Below, piece by piece: positions 44,616 through 60,762 of a DNA stretch of 64,000 bases (position 1 is its first letter; the number at the start of each line of letters is the position of its first letter). Source of the DNA: the human T2T-CHM13v2.0 reference genome, Homo sapiens; assembly GCF_009914755.1 (NCBI RefSeq), contig NC_060930.1. The stretch is one strand, 5' to 3'. Made by a program: the position numbers and the translations under genes. Below the pieces are notes generated by a model. The model did not search any database, was not told the origin of the DNA, and saw only the letters and a program-made list of their open reading frames with translations.

Positions 44616-47154
44616 CTACTGAGACTGAAACCTAAGGACAAAAGAAGTGTCAGATACTCACCACCACTGCCAAATTGCATCAAGCCCCTCCTCATACTGA
44701 ATTAAACATGGCTGAATAGGCTCCAGCAGTAGGGGCAGCACCCTTATTGTTCATAGGCTAGCACATAATAGGTAGTCAGCAAACATCTTTTGAATGAATA
44801 AGTGAATGAATAGGACCAGTATACACTCAAGACAGACATTTAATACTAATAATTAGTAATTATTAGCCTTTATTGAGCTCTCTGTTAACTGTTTTACTAC
44901 TTCATTTATTCCTTACAACTGCCCCATTAGGTAGGCTCTACCTTTATCCTCATTTTACACAAAGGGAAAATGAGGCACAGAGAAGTTATGAAAAGTGTCC
45001 AAGGTCACCTCGCTCGCTAGTGAGGGGTAGATCTGCTGATTATGCTCCAGTTGCCACCCGTTTGTGGAGAACGTGGCATTAGGTATGTAAGCTGGATGCC
45101 GTTAAACATTCAAATCCTGTCACCAGCCCCGACTTTTGATTCCATGCTGCCAAACAAGCCTCTGATTACAGTCTGGCTCTCACATGCATGTGTAAAGGGA
45201 AAGGATCCCCAGATCACAAACTAATGAACATTGGAGAATAACACTGTAGACTCTTAGAATTTGATGAGGAACTCATCTAAGCAATAGATATCCTTGTTCT
45301 GCTGGTGAATCAGTTTTCTGAAGGGGGCTTCATCACAGACTTGGGTAGTTTGCCCAAGAGATTACTGCCACCTGCAAGGACTTGTGTGAGTGCCAGTCAG
45401 CCTTCCCCAGGTGGTACACGCAGCTTCACCATATGCTGTATAAGCCTTTTAATGTTGGTATATCATAATTGGTACACTACAGGTGCCAATAATGGTAGAT
45501 GGATGGACAGATAAATAGATGATAAAGATACAAATCATGAGCAAGATTATAGCAACACATTTGCTGTATTCATTATGTATGAGACATTATGCTCGAGATA
45601 TTCATATCCTATAATAATATAGTTGGGTTTTTCTTGCAGTAGGGGTGTTTGTTTTGCTTTCTCAGTTTGACCTTTTTTTACACAGTAGCTCATGTAATCC
45701 TTATCACAGCCCTGTGGGTTATCATAGTATTTCATGGATGGAAAAATAGTGGCACCCAGAAAATATCAGACAACTCTTCTAAAGTCACAGCTAACTAGCG
45801 TGGAGTTAGCTGTGTCTAACTAAAGAGTAGGTTGATATCTATGGATAAAACACAAAGTTTTTTTAAAGAGGTACAATTTGATCCAGTCCTCCTTTGGTGC
45901 CCTCCAAACCTAAAACTGAGGCTCCTGGCCCCCTCGGCTAAAGCTTCCCAGAATCTGCCCTCCTCCGTCTTCCAAACCTGTTCTCTTCATCTATCTGCCT
46001 CTGATTGCAGACTCGCTCATTCAAAGCTGGTTTCCCTCAGCCCAGTTTTCCACTCCTGAGTAACACTGCCTTTCCACTGTTCCTGTAGCCCTGGGGCAGC
46101 ATCTTGCACTCCCTTCTGAGCTACACTCCCCATGTCTCTCAACCAGCCCCACCCACTCCTGGCCAAGACTGCAGAAAAATAGTTATGATTGGCTGTTTAT
46201 TTTGTTATTTCCTGCAAAGACCAGTAGCATCACCTTAAGAAATAATTGAAATAATTGCATCCCCAAAATAAGCCGAACCAAATGAGTTCAGTGTGGGGTA
46301 GGGAGCAGAGCCTGGACAGATTCAGAAGTGGCAAGACTGATCATTATAGAATAATCTCTGACCTTCTCAGGTTTCAAAGGCAAACAAACAAACTTAATCG
46401 GATAAGACACTAACCAGATTATTTTAAGTTAAAGCAAGTGGAACATAAGAGAAATTGGAGTCCACGCCTGGTAGCATGATTCAGATCTGAAATTAGAACC
46501 ATAGCTCCCACTCCCAGTATCTGAGTTTTTAGACAGTCCTTCAGAAATAGACAATTTCTCCATATTAATCTGAAATGTAAACCTCAGCACAAAACCACCA
46601 CTCTTCATTCATTAATTCATCAACAAAAACTCAGTGGGTATCTGAGAATGCATGAACATGTGGCTCTGAGAAGCACTAGGAGAATGAGAGAAATACTGAC
46701 AGGCAGGTGGGATGGATCAACTTATGAAGAGCGTTTCTGACCATGCCATGGAAGTCATTATTTTATCCTATTGGCTTTGGAAAGCTGTCAGTGTTTTTAG
46801 GTCATCAATTGATATAAACAGACACAAAAGGATGACTCTGGGGACTATGTGGATTGGTGGAGGGGAAAACAGAGGCAGAAAATGGCAGGGCTTTGGGAAT
46901 GGTCCAAGGAAAATAGACTGATATAATGATAATGATTTGATAGATATGCATGAATAAAATAATGATGATTCCCTCAATTCCAGCAGTAGCCAGAGGCATG
47001 GAGGAGAGCAAGTTTCTAGAATTCTGAAAGGAATTTCTAGCACAGATCAAGAGAAGTTGCCCCATGGTGTAATGTAACAGAAAGAGACACTGAAGATGAG
47101 TGAGGTTTCTAGTTTGGGCAGCTGGATAAATGGCAGTGTGATGATTGAGATCAT

Positions 47155-47590
47155 GTGGCAGCAGCTGTGGATGCCCAGGTCAGATCCCTTTACGAGGCTG
47201 GTGTCCCCACCCTCTGGCTGCTATGAGTGTGGGTTCCCCTGCAGCCACACCCTCCTCCCAAGAATTACCCTCAGCCCTGGGAGCCACCTTGCCCAGGAAT
47301 GCCTGGAAGATTACATCCTTCCCCCAGAGCAGCACAAAGGCATGGACTGACTGCTGAGGAGGGCAAAAGGACAGCCTCCTTGCCTCAAAGAGGAACAACT
47401 CTCTGGTGCATTCACTCTCTGGAGCTCCCAGGGGGATCAGGCTCAGGCTATACTTGAGCTAAACCATATCTTTGCTTGGCTTCCTCCCCTGCTCAGTCTC
47501 TTTACAAGTTATCTCCTGAGGCTACTTCCTTAATAAACACCTTGACCAACAAAGCCTGTCACAGGCTCTGATCTACAGAACCTAGCCTAA
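47155..47590 (+). mobile_element. ERVL LTR (LTR16-like) within L2
   Basis: tgtggcagc start, aataaa near the end, L2-like flanks on both sides. Confidence 0.5.
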
Positions 47591-48841
47591 TAGAGACAGC
47601 AAGACAACTAAGAAGAGAGGATGGTTTAGAGGCAAGATGATAACTTTAGTTTGAAATGCTTCCAGAGAAACTAGTATTTTAAAAAGTGTTAGGGACAGGG
47701 AACAGAATCTGAAATCAAAAATCAGGCAAACATGGCCTCAAATCTACAATTAGTCTTGTAGTCTTGGACAAGTTACTCAACCACGAATGGGTCACAGGTG
47801 TACTGAGGTCTTGCCATCTTCAGCACCACTGCTAGGTGGCACCTTGGGCAGTTGGAGACCAAGGCCAGTTACCTGCCGTGAGTGTCTCTCTCAGTTAACC
47901 TCAGGATGAAGTTTAAATATGACCATCATTCATGTGTGCCTAGAAGTGAAAAATTAGAAGCATTGATTAACCTCTCTGTAACCCCAGTTCCCCATCTATG
48001 AAGTGGAAACTCTTATGCCCCAAATCCAGGGTGTGGTCATGAGGATGAGATGAGATAGCCTAGCATAGTAGAGTCAAGGATAAGACAAAAGTAAACCCCA
48101 ATCAATGGAGTTATCATTAGTGCTACCTCCCAGGGGGATACCCAGGAGGCATCACTGTGCAGGCAAAGTCTGAACTGATGTGGGCTACTGGGTTTTCATC
48201 CAAATGCTCATTTCTTTTTTCTTCCTTCTTGATCAAGGGAAGCAAAAAAGAGATTGCTGAGTGTGACAGAGCTTTGATTATTCTCTCTGGGGCCTTCATG
48301 TATTTTTTACACTAAGTTGGAGGTGGGAGGATTGAGGAGAGGTTGAGGAAGAAGAATGAAACCAGGATTCCTCTCTAACACCATCCTACACTTTCAGTGT
48401 TCTTGTAAGTGAGCTGTGTCCTTCATCTTGGGGCTTTGATGGCACTAGGCATGCCTTATTTATAGACAACAACTGGTACAGAACTTCAAAAGGGGCACAT
48501 ATCCAAGCCAGAGATGTGGAGGGAACACTCTGAAGTGCTAAGTTCTCAAATTTAGAATGGAAAAAACGCTCCACAACAACTTCTGAGACCTGGCTCTGAA
48601 CCATGCCAAGAATGCCCAATTGTCCCCCAGTGTAGTAGACGGCCAAAGCTCTTTATGCCCATCCCAGAAGTCTAGCTTTCAGCCAAGGCAGGCAATCCAA
48701 GTGGGCTTTATTTGCCTTTCTGCCACCATCTGACAAACTGTCATGTTTACCAAATTAGCCCATGTCCATTAGAGACCATTACTCCCAGAAAATGAACAAT
48801 TAATTTTCATATTAAAATATTTAAAAATAAATAAAAGCCAA

Positions 48842-49290
48842 TGTAGAGGACTGAATAATGGCTCTCCCAAATATGTTTATGTCCTAATCCCCAGAATCTG
48901 TGAATAGGTTACCTTACATGGTAAAAGGGGCCTTGCTGATGTGACAAAGTTGAGACGAGGAGATAATCCTAGGTTATCCGGTGGGCCCCATGTAATCACA
49001 GGGTCCTCAGAAGAGGAGAGCAGGAGGATTTGAGTCAGTCATAGAAACTGTGATAGAAGCAAGAGGTTGATGTGAATGGGAAAGGGGCCACAAGAATGCA
49101 AGCGCCTCTAGAAGCTACAAAAAAAAAAAAAAAAAAGATAAGAAAACAGATTTGCACCTCAGAGTCTTGAGAAGAAACAAGTCCTGCCAACACCTTGACA
49201 CTAGCCCAGTAAGACTGATTTTGGACTTCCGTCCTCCAGAACCATAATGGAATCCACTAAGTTCCTGGTACTTCGTTACAGCCACTAAAG
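48842..49290 (+). mobile_element. MLT1 (MLT1D/C-like) MaLR solo LTR
   Basis: gtcctaatccccagaatctgtgaataggttaccttacatgg...gccaacaccttga...gacttccgtcctccagaac. Confidence 0.8.
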
Positions 49291-52200
49291 CAGTCCACCA
49301 CATCCAAGAAAGTTTGTCATTTGGTGCCATTAGAAGTGCATATTTTCCTTTTAGAAGACATGGGTACAATTATCCATAAAACATAGTGGGTTACTTAGCT
49401 CCTGCATTATCCTCGTAATATTTCACCCTCTCTCTCCTCCTACCCTCTCCAAATGACCAAAAATATCCAAGGAGCAGGTTCTTAACCGAGGTTCGAGTAA
49501 AATGTCCCCCCAAAAAAGGCAAAAAAAATCTTTTTTAGTTTGGTGGGATATAAACTTGTATGTACTTGTGTAGATGAAAGAAACTGAAATGACATACACA
49601 TCAAAATGGGGTTAGTTAATCATTCACTAATATGATGACGAGTTTTTAATTTCTTCATTTTCATATTTTCTCATTTTAAGAGAAATGTACCCCATAGTCT
49701 GTGTCATAAGGGATTTTAAGTGACATCATGTACAGTAACAGTATTATCTTTTGTGATTTAAAATATTTTATTTTGCAGACACTGCCACAGTCACTTCCCA
49801 AGTTTAGTATAATTCCATAGAAAACTCAGGATCTGACTGGACCCACTGGGAGGCAATATTGAGCCCTTGAAGATGAACACAGAACCAGATTGCCATAAGT
49901 AAATACTAAGTAGGAAAAGATGATCGCCGAAAATATTTTCCCACCAAATCAACTTCACGGAGAGCATTAGAGCAAGTTCTTTCATTTGAGGTGGTCTTCA
50001 AAAGTATATTCTGTGCAACTCAGTAATTTAGAAGGGCAGTCCACGAAAAAATAAGTCTGTGGTCACATTAGAAAATGATAAAAGTTATACTCTTCCCTAA
50101 AGATTTACAGAGTGTACTGACTTATTAAAACCTCTGAGAAATACTGCATAATGGAATCCTATTTAAGTTTGTTCAAGTATTTTCCAAATACTTATTTCAT
50201 CACAGAGCCATTGTTTTATTCGGATCTAGTGTTTTTAATATTCTTTAAGAAACTCTGATTTACAGATTTGGATGCAAAAAGCCCCAGTATGTTTTCTGGG
50301 AGAAGGAACATATTCTACAAACACCAAATGGGATTTCGGAAATTGATTTTTCTGTAGACTGGTAGAGTTCGACCATTTCCAGAAGAACTAGCTACATGGT
50401 CCATGCTGTTTATTCTTTTGAATGCAAGCACATCCCTTGTTCACGAAAGAACTTATGAGCTAGGAGCAAAGAGATTTGATCTCTAAAGTTCTGGCATGTA
50501 GAACCAATGAAAGAGCTTAGAGACATCCTGGGAACTACGCAATGGCATCATTGCTTCTCATGGAACTTTGAGCTGGGGGAACCCCAGGTATTTAAGCCCT
50601 TCTACAGAAAGGTGATAGAATAAAAGTGTGCAGACTCCAGTGTTTCTCTTCAGATGGTCCTTCTCAGCTATGTGGAGGAAACTGAGGCACCTTAGCAAAG
50701 TCATCATCACCAGGTAGCCCCTGAGAAGGAATCATTCCAGAAGATAGTGGGGCATCATAATGAAGGGAGTTAGGTCTGGAAGAGCAACAGGGTGTAGCTG
50801 CGTAGATTAACACCAGCAGGGGCCAGGAGGGAAAAGGATTCTGAAGGGAGTCACAAAGCAAAACATGTTCAAAGGTGTTTAAAAGCAGAGAAGTGACATC
50901 CCACTGCTCCATAGTCTTGCTGATCTCGTGGGCTGGGAGTCTTGACATTTGCATCAAGGGATATTAGAATTATCAATCTATTGATTATAAATGTCAATAT
51001 TATCATATCAATCACCTCATCTAACTCCCTCATTTTAATGATGGGGAAACTGAGGCCCAGAGACAGAAAATGGCTTGCCCAAGATTCCACAGCTGGCTGG
51101 GAGCAGAGGCAGACCAAGAACCCAGCTCAATGGCTTGCCCATTGCACATGAACTGCCTCAAATGGGCCTCCTTCCCTATCAGAGGCACTGAATGAATGGA
51201 AACCCTAAGGCATGTTGTATGTGATTTTTCTTGTGGCCTTAGCATTGGCTCCTTTTACAAACCTGGCCTCAGTTTACACCATGCTTTTAGAATAAGCTGT
51301 TTTCTCCATTTGTCTATCTCGGGGCAAAGAGAGTTAATTCTAGTAATTTACATATAAAGACAGGGAGCAGAATATGACGAATATCCAGCCAAACCTCAAA
51401 GGATGGGGTCCAGATAGGCTGGCCCCCTTTAATAAATATAAAGCTCAGAAACAGATCATTCTCTGAGTTTCACCCTCATTATACCAGAGTCTACCCAGCA
51501 GCATGCCTATGCAGGTGAAATGCGGATAAAATGAGTTCCAAGTGCTGACTTACATAACTCAAGACATGTAACATAGCACTTAAAGGGAACGGGAGGAAAT
51601 GGAGAGGATCTGTCCCACCTGGTTGTTTTGCCTTGATGGTAATGCACGAGGGAGTGAGGGAGGAAGAGTTGTGGTGTGGGATATGTATACCATTCCCCCC
51701 AGGTTTGCCTTTTTGTGTGCTGGGTTGTTTAGCACCAGCTGGCTGCCTTCTTGAATCCCAGCCCATTCCTTTTTCACTAAATCAATGCACCATCACCACA
51801 CCCCAGATCAATGCACCATCACTCCCCACCCCCAAGTATGGGATCTGAGAAAGTCACCTGATTTGGGTGGAGTGCTGTTACAAAGGGGCTGGGCCAGGCT
51901 CAGGAGACACACCAAGCCTCTGGCAGGAATTGAAAGTTACTGAACTAAATTAGAAACCAGACCAGATTTGCCTTCTGTCCTTTCACCTCCAGGAAGCCAG
52001 CTTCTCCCTCTTCCTCCACCCCCTTGTCCCATATTTGCTCTGGAAAAGTCTTCCAGCTGGAGCTGTTTTCCCAGGGTCTTTCAAAAGATTTACAGATATG
52101 CACCATTAGCTGCGAACACTTTCTAGTAAATGACCTCCTTTTGCTCTATCCCACTGTCAACGGGCCCCTCTTGGGGCTAAGATTCTCCTCCACTCTGTAC

Positions 52201-54473
52201 ACATGGTGAAGGGAAAGCCACTGTGGAGAGGTAGAAAGAGCCTGGTTTGACTGCTGCAATCCCTCAATCTCTCTGTCTTTCAGATTCTTCCTTAGTCAGA
52301 TGAAGGAGGTAATTGATCTGCTACTTCTGGAGATTAGATGACAGAACAATTATAAATATATTTTGTAGACATAAAGTGCCCTCAAATGCAAGACATTAGT
52401 GTTATTTGAAAATTTTACTAAGAGGATGTATTCCTGCATAGCGGGTGTGATTCAAAAAATAGAGATGAATGGTACTGAGAATGAAGGTAATGAAATAAAT
52501 GAAGGTAATGAATGACACTAACAATATGTTTCAGAGCCAAATGAGGATAAGACAGAACATAAATACAATAATATTATTATGTGCTCAATTAATTTAAATA
52601 AATTACTGAATTTAAATTAGATTTCATAATACTATACTTCAAATTGGATTGGAAACTAAACTGAAATGAAATAGAAAAGTTTAAAAGGAAAGGTAAGATT
52701 AAATGAAACAAATAATTTTTAGAAGTGTAGGTTGTTACGATGCTCATCATTCACTTCCATGCACAGTTGAAGGGAACACAGGAAGTTTCTCGTCCACTCT
52801 GCCCACCACTCTCCAGAAGGCCCTTCCCAGCCCAGGGCCTCGTGACTCATCACCCCCCTTTGGAGCCTTCTGATCCCCAGCACACACTTCACAGCCATCC
52901 TCAAGGCTTCTCAAGGGCAATACGAGATTCCTGAAACGTGATCCCCAGCTCACTGTCCTGGGGACAGTTGTTCACAGTGGAAAAAATCTCCCTGTGGTAT
53001 TCAGCCTGGTTGGCAGTCTCTGCTGAGGAAGGGGGAAAATTTGCAAGGGATTTGGTGGCACATTGCTAGCTTGCCCCACCTGCTCCCTCGCCTCCTGAAG
53101 GGCAGCAGCTGCCTGTCCTCAGAGCATGCCATCTCTTGCCCAAGAATTAAAAGATCTGACTGCACTCCCAGGTGCTTTGGAGTCAAAAGCTGCCTGGAGA
53201 AGCCACGTAGAAGACCCCAGCACAAGCAAGATATTCATTCTAACAGCTGCTCCTAAGAAACCTGAGCAGAAGCAGAGTGAATCATGCCAAGTTGCTGAAC
53301 CCAACCAAATTTGAATTTAAAATAAAATTTAACAGGACAACCAATTGAACCAATTTAAAAAGAGAAATCAGAAATGTAAAGAGGAGGAAAAGGGACTCAT
53401 ATTTTTCACTTATACCCTTTCACACTGAACTTTTTACAGTAAATATGTAATGACTTTTTTAAAGTATTTTAAATAGAAAAAGGAAAAAAGCCAAAAATAA
53501 ATGCGTGATTTTCTACAACTGACTTGGGATAAAACAAAGATACTAAATATTCACAGAACTATATCAAAATCTTCTTTCCATTTAAGACACTTCCATTAGT
53601 CCTGCACTCCTTCGTTCTTGAGCCATCTATTCTCTTGTTCCCTCATAACAATGAATAACAGGGATCTGATCATAGGCACACACAGAAGCCCCAAAGGGAG
53701 AAAAGTGCTCCAATCTGCAGCAGGGCTGGGTGACTGTCACCATCCCTCACTCCTTCTTTATAGCCAGTTGGTAGATGGGTCAGGCTCTCGGGAGATGCAG
53801 AAGGAAGACCTGAAAACAGAACTGAGTCTAATGACAGGGTTGCAATTGTGTCCAGAGTAATCCTGATGGGAGGGTGACAGATAGGACTCAGTGGAAGGAA
53901 GAGGTTGCCCTTTGAAGGTTCCAACTGAAGACTGAGTACTATAATATGACACTCAATATAGCAAATGAATCTCCCCAGAGAGAAATAGCCATGTTGGAAC
54001 TGTAAAAATATTCAGTGACTTTTGGTCTCACAGGTGCAATCTGATACCAGTTTTTGTTTATCATTCACTTCCATGGCTTCACATACTATCTGTATGCCGA
54101 TGACTCAAATCTTCTGAGCTCCTGACCTGAATATCCAACTGCCAACACAGTATTTCTACTCGGCTATCTCTCAGACAGCCAAAACTCAGCAAGTCCAAAG
54201 ACTTTGAGCCCTTGATCTTCTGCCTGAAATCTCTTCCTCCTCCAGTGTTTTCTGTCTCCAGGAATAGAACAACTGTTCACATAGGTACTTGTACTAGAAA
54301 CTTGAGATTTGTTATTAACACAGCATAGCTTCCCACTTCTTATAAATCACCACGTCTTACAGATTTAGCCTCTTAACTCTTTCAAATATACCCTCTTCCG
54401 CATCCCCACTGCCACACCCCTAGTTAGGTTATTATTCTTTCTCCCCTGAACTTCTGCAAGATCCCTCTAATTT

Positions 54474-55720
54474 TTTTTTGTTTCTAAAATTCTTTTATAT
54501 GTACATTTTTTATTATACTTTAAGTTCTAGGGTACATGTGCACAATGTGCAGATTCGTTACATATGTATACATGTGAACAATGTGCAGATTTGTTACATA
54601 TGTATACATGTGCCATGTTCACGTGCTGCACCCATTAACTCATCATTTACATTAGGTGTATCTCCTAATGCTATCCCTCCCCCCTCCCCCCACCCCACAA
54701 CAGGCCCCGATGTGTGATGTTCCCTTTCCTGTGTCCAAGTGTTCTCATTGTTCAATTCCCACCTATGTGTGAGAACATGCGGTGTTTGGTTTTTTGTCCT
54801 TGCGATAGCTTGCTGGGAATGATGATTTCCAATCTCATCCATGTCCCTACAAGGGACATGAACTCATCATTTTTTATGGCTGCATAGTATTCCATGGTGT
54901 ATACGTGCCACATTTTCTTAATCCAGTCTATCATTGTTGGACATTTGGGTTGGTTCCAAATCTTTGCTATTGTGAATAGTGCTGCAACAAACATACGTGT
55001 GCATGTGTCTTTATACCTGCATGATTTATAATCCTTTGGGTATATACCTGGTAATGGGATGGCTGGGTCAAATGGTATTTCTAGTTCTAGATCCCTGAGG
55101 AATCATCACACTGACTTCCATAATGGTTGAACTAGTTTACAGTCCCACCAACAGTGTAAAAGTGTTCCTATTTCTCCACATCCTCTCCAGCACCTGTTGT
55201 TTCCTGACTTTTTATGATTGCCATTCTAACTGGTGTGAGATGATATCTCATTGTGGTTTTGATTTGCATTTCTCTGATGGCCAGTGATGATGAGCATTTT
55301 TTCATGTGTCTGTTGGCTGCATAAATGTCTTCTTTTGAGAAGTGTCTGTTCATATCCTTTGCCCACTTTTTCATGGGGTTGTTTTTTTCTTGTAAATTTG
55401 TTTGAGTTCATTGTAGATTCTGGATATGAGCCCTTTGTCAGATGAGATTGCAAAAATTTCCTCCCATTCTGTAGGTTGCCTGTTCACTCTGATGGGAGTT
55501 TCTTTTGCTGTGCAGAAGCTCTTTAGTTTAATTAGATCCCAGTTGTCAATTTTGGCTTTTGTTGCCATTGCTTTTGGTGTTTTAGACATGAAGTCCTTGC
55601 CCATGCCTATGTCCTGAATGGTATTGCCTAGGTTTTCTTCTAGGGTTTTTATGGTTTTAGGTCTAGCATTTAAGTCTTTAATCCATCTTGAATTAATTTT
55701 TGTATAAGGTGTAAGGAAGG
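54474..55720 (-). mobile_element. 5'-truncated L1 (L1PA5-like ends), inserted in L2
   Basis: ORF2 C-terminus and 3'UTR; 13/16 TSD aagatccctctaattt (54458-54473) / aggatccccctaactt (55721-55736); internal 36-bp tandem duplication near 54533-54612. Confidence 0.92.
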
Positions 55721-55892
55721 AGGATCCCCCTAACTTGTCACACAATGTCTACACTCATTCTACCAATCCAAGTCACCAAAGCCATCATTTTTCAATGGAA
55801 AACTAATTGGCACTTTTCTCCTCAAAATTGTTCAATGGCTTTCCTATAAAGTCTAGAATTTGTAATGGAGCTGCCTGCCACAATCTACCTAA

Positions 55893-56199
55893 TTTTTTTT
55901 TTTTTTTTTTTTTTTGAGACGGAGTCTGGCTCTGTTACCAAGGCTGGAGTGTGATGATGCGATCTTGGATCACTGCAACCTCCACCTCCTGGGCTCAAAC
56001 CATCCTCCCACCTCAGCCTCCTGAGTAGCTGGAACCACAGGTGCATGCCACCACGTCCAGCTAATTTTTTTTATTTTTGGCAAAGACAGGGTTTCACCAT
56101 GTTGCCCAGGCTGATCTGAAACTGCTGGACTTAAGTGGATCCGCCCACCTCAGCCTCCTAAAGGGCTAGGATTACAGGCATGAGCTGCTGCACCTGGCC
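55893..56199 (-). mobile_element. AluJ-like
   Basis: poly-T plus dimer; degenerate TSD aatc...ctaatttt. Confidence 0.88.
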
Positions 56200-57272
56200 T
56201 GGAATCCGTCTAATTTTTCATTCACTCAGTAAATGTTTACTGAGAACTACCATGTGCAGGGATAGCACAGTCACTGAAATTCTGCAGTGAATAGAACCGT
56301 CAAAAAGTCCTGCCCTCAGGAAGCTTACAGTTTAGTGGGAGAGAGAGATAGTAAACAAGAATAGTAAGTAAAATAAATAACAGGTTAGACTGTATGAAGT
56401 GCCAAGGAGAAAAATATAGAAAAGAAGAGAGGAGATCTCATGATGGGAAGTAGAATTTATGATAGGGAAGTAAAGAAAGCCATGAAAGAATGAAATAGCA
56501 AGCCCATAGATGTCTTGGTGAGCAAGTTACTACCAGCAAAGGGACAGCAAGTGCAAAGACCCTGAGAAAGGAACATGCTTGGCATGTTCAACATTTAGTG
56601 AGTAGGCCAGGGTGACCAGAGTAGGAAAGAAAGAAAACGAGTTCAGGGACAGTGGCTGGTATAGTACAGGAGATGTTGCATACAGGAGATGTTTCATACA
56701 GGACCTTTTAAGTCATCAAAAGTACAAGGCCTTTACTCAGCATAAGATGGGAAGAAGTGAAGGGTCGTGAGCAAGGGAGTGACTTATGATTACCCACTGT
56801 GCATTCTGGGGATTTGTCGCAGGCACTGGGGATTGAGTATTAAATGAGATAGTCAAGGTCTTTGTTCCCACCCAGGTCTCATCCTACTGGGGGAAGACAG
56901 ACAATATGCAGTAAATAAAAAGTGAACAAGATAATCTCAGATCTTGAGAAACACTATCAATAAAAAAGTAAAATCTATAATGATGAGATGGGGGTAACAA
57001 GGTTGCCCAGCATTTTCAGACGTTCAGGGAAAGCCATTTCAAGGCAGTGTTTGCTGAGACTGAAATGTAAAGAAGGAAGTAGCCTTGTGAAGATCTGGGG
57101 GCAGAGATTCCACACAAAAGAACAAGTGCAGAGGGAGTAGAGTGGGCATGGGCAGGAGTATATGAGGAATGGAAGGGAGGCCTGTGTGGCTGGAGAAGAG
57201 TTTGTGGGTGGTGGCAGGGGCTGACATGACAGAAGCCAGCAGGGTGTATGCAGTTTATGGAGGAGGTCATAG

Positions 57273-57473
<201 letters not shown>

Positions 57474-57487
57474 TAAAAGGGAACACT

Positions 57488-58973
<1,486 letters not shown>

Positions 58974-59149
58974 AAAAAAAGAAAATAAATAAAATGGTAC
59001 CCATTAGAAAACTTTATAATAAAAAATCTGATTTGTTGTAGTCAAATTACTTACAATAAAACATATAAATAATCACATTATTTATAATAAAATTATCTGG
59101 TTTTAAAATATTATAGCTAATTTGGTACATTAATTAAAGGGAAGTAAAA

Positions 59150-59840
59150 TCTGGCAAAAATTACCAATGGCATGGAATAAGGTGGTGACAGATGGGAGGA
59201 GGTAGATATGCATGCTATTTTGGAGGACTTGATGAAAGACTGGGTATAGAGTGTGAAGAAAAAGAGCAATCAAAGATGCCACCACCATGAATATGGGGCC
59301 TGAGCTACTGAGTGTCATTTTCTGAGATAGGGAAGAACATAAAGTAGGGGTGAGAATACAAAGTTATGATTTAGCCACATTAAATTAGAGATACTTCTTA
59401 GACTCCCAAATGGAGAAGTCAGGTGGGAAGTTGGAGAAGTCAGGTGGGAAGTTGGATATATGAGGAGAAAGATTGAGGATAAATAAGTCTGGAGTCATCT
59501 GCATGTGGATACTATGTAAAGCTTTGGGGCTGTGTAGAATCACCTAGGGAGAGATTCTAACTAGAAAGGTGTAAGAAGTCACCAGGGCACTCTAACATTT
59601 ACAGGCCAAGCAAAGGGCCAAGAAAAAATAACTGAGAAGATGCAGCAAGTGAGTTGAATACTGCAGCTGAAATGCCAATACAGGACCAGGAAAACAATGG
59701 TTGAGCCTGGCAATCTGAGAGTCACTGGTGACCTTGCAAGAGTGATTTCACTGCAGGGAGGAACAGAAGCCATCTGTTAAGAGGTGCAAATAAGATGAAA
59801 GCATGGATACAGAGACGATGAACAACTTTTTTGAGAAGTT
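59150..59840 (+). mobile_element. L2 fragment with a perfect 21-bp tandem duplication (59411-59452)
   Basis: L2-type motifs; tggagaagtcaggtgggaagt twice. Confidence 0.6.
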
Positions 59841-60414
59841 TTACTACGGCAGGTTTTTGTGGTGCTGGGGGTTGTTTTTAGTGATGATCTTGAAGCATGC
59901 TTGTATGACCACGGAAAAGTTCCAGGAGAGAGAGGAAATGATTCTCAGTAAGGGGTGTAATCCTACTGCACTATTCAGACTTTGTCCTAATTAATTCCAA
60001 GTTCCCAAAGGTGCATTCCAGTTGATGTTTCTAACCTTCCAGAACCATAGATTGTGCCTCCAGCTGTGGCCAGTCATTGGGGAAAAGATTGTCCTTAGTC
60101 ATCAGGAGGCTGGATGATAGAGCGTGAATGAATCAACTCAAATCCATTTATACAGCTGGGAAAGAACTCCAAATGCAGGCCATAAAAAGAGTGCATCAGC
60201 AATGGCACCAAAGTTACATGCAGCTGATTATTGTTGACTGACATACAGAACAAGCCTGCTTTTAAATTTGGGGGATGTTCTCAATACCCAGCAAGGATAG
60301 ACAGCACCCCAGGACAGAGAATGTCTCTAAATCATTCCAATATCCACAGCACCTAGTATAATAATGGGCATACAGGAAGGAGCTATGCAATAAAAGTTTG
60401 TTGGATGAATGATA

Positions 60415-60512
60415 GGAAAGAAGGAAGGAAGGAAGGAAGAAGGAAGGAAGGAAGGAAGGAAAAGGAGGAAGGGTAGGGGAGGGTTAAGGGAGGATGATGG
60501 GAGGGAAGGAGG
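60415..60512. repeat. (GGAA)n / purine-rich tract
   Basis: directly visible. Confidence 0.85.
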
Positions 60513-60544
60513 GAATTTTGTAAGACGTAAGATTACTGTCCATA

Positions 60545-60762
60545 TGCATAAGTCTAGAGATCTAAAGTATAACATGAAGATGACAGTTAATAAAATTGTA
60601 TTAGGGACTTTTGTTAAATTAATAAATTTTACAAAAAAGGTAACTATGTGAGATGATAAATATGTTAATCTGCTTCACTATTGTAATCTTACTATCTATA
60701 TGTATTCTATAATAGCATGTTGTAAACCTCAAATACACACAATAAAATTTATTTCAAAAAAA
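60545..60762 (+). mobile_element. Old L1M 3' end
   Basis: ctagagatctaaagtataacatg...ggtaactatgtgagatgat...aataaaa. Confidence 0.6.
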
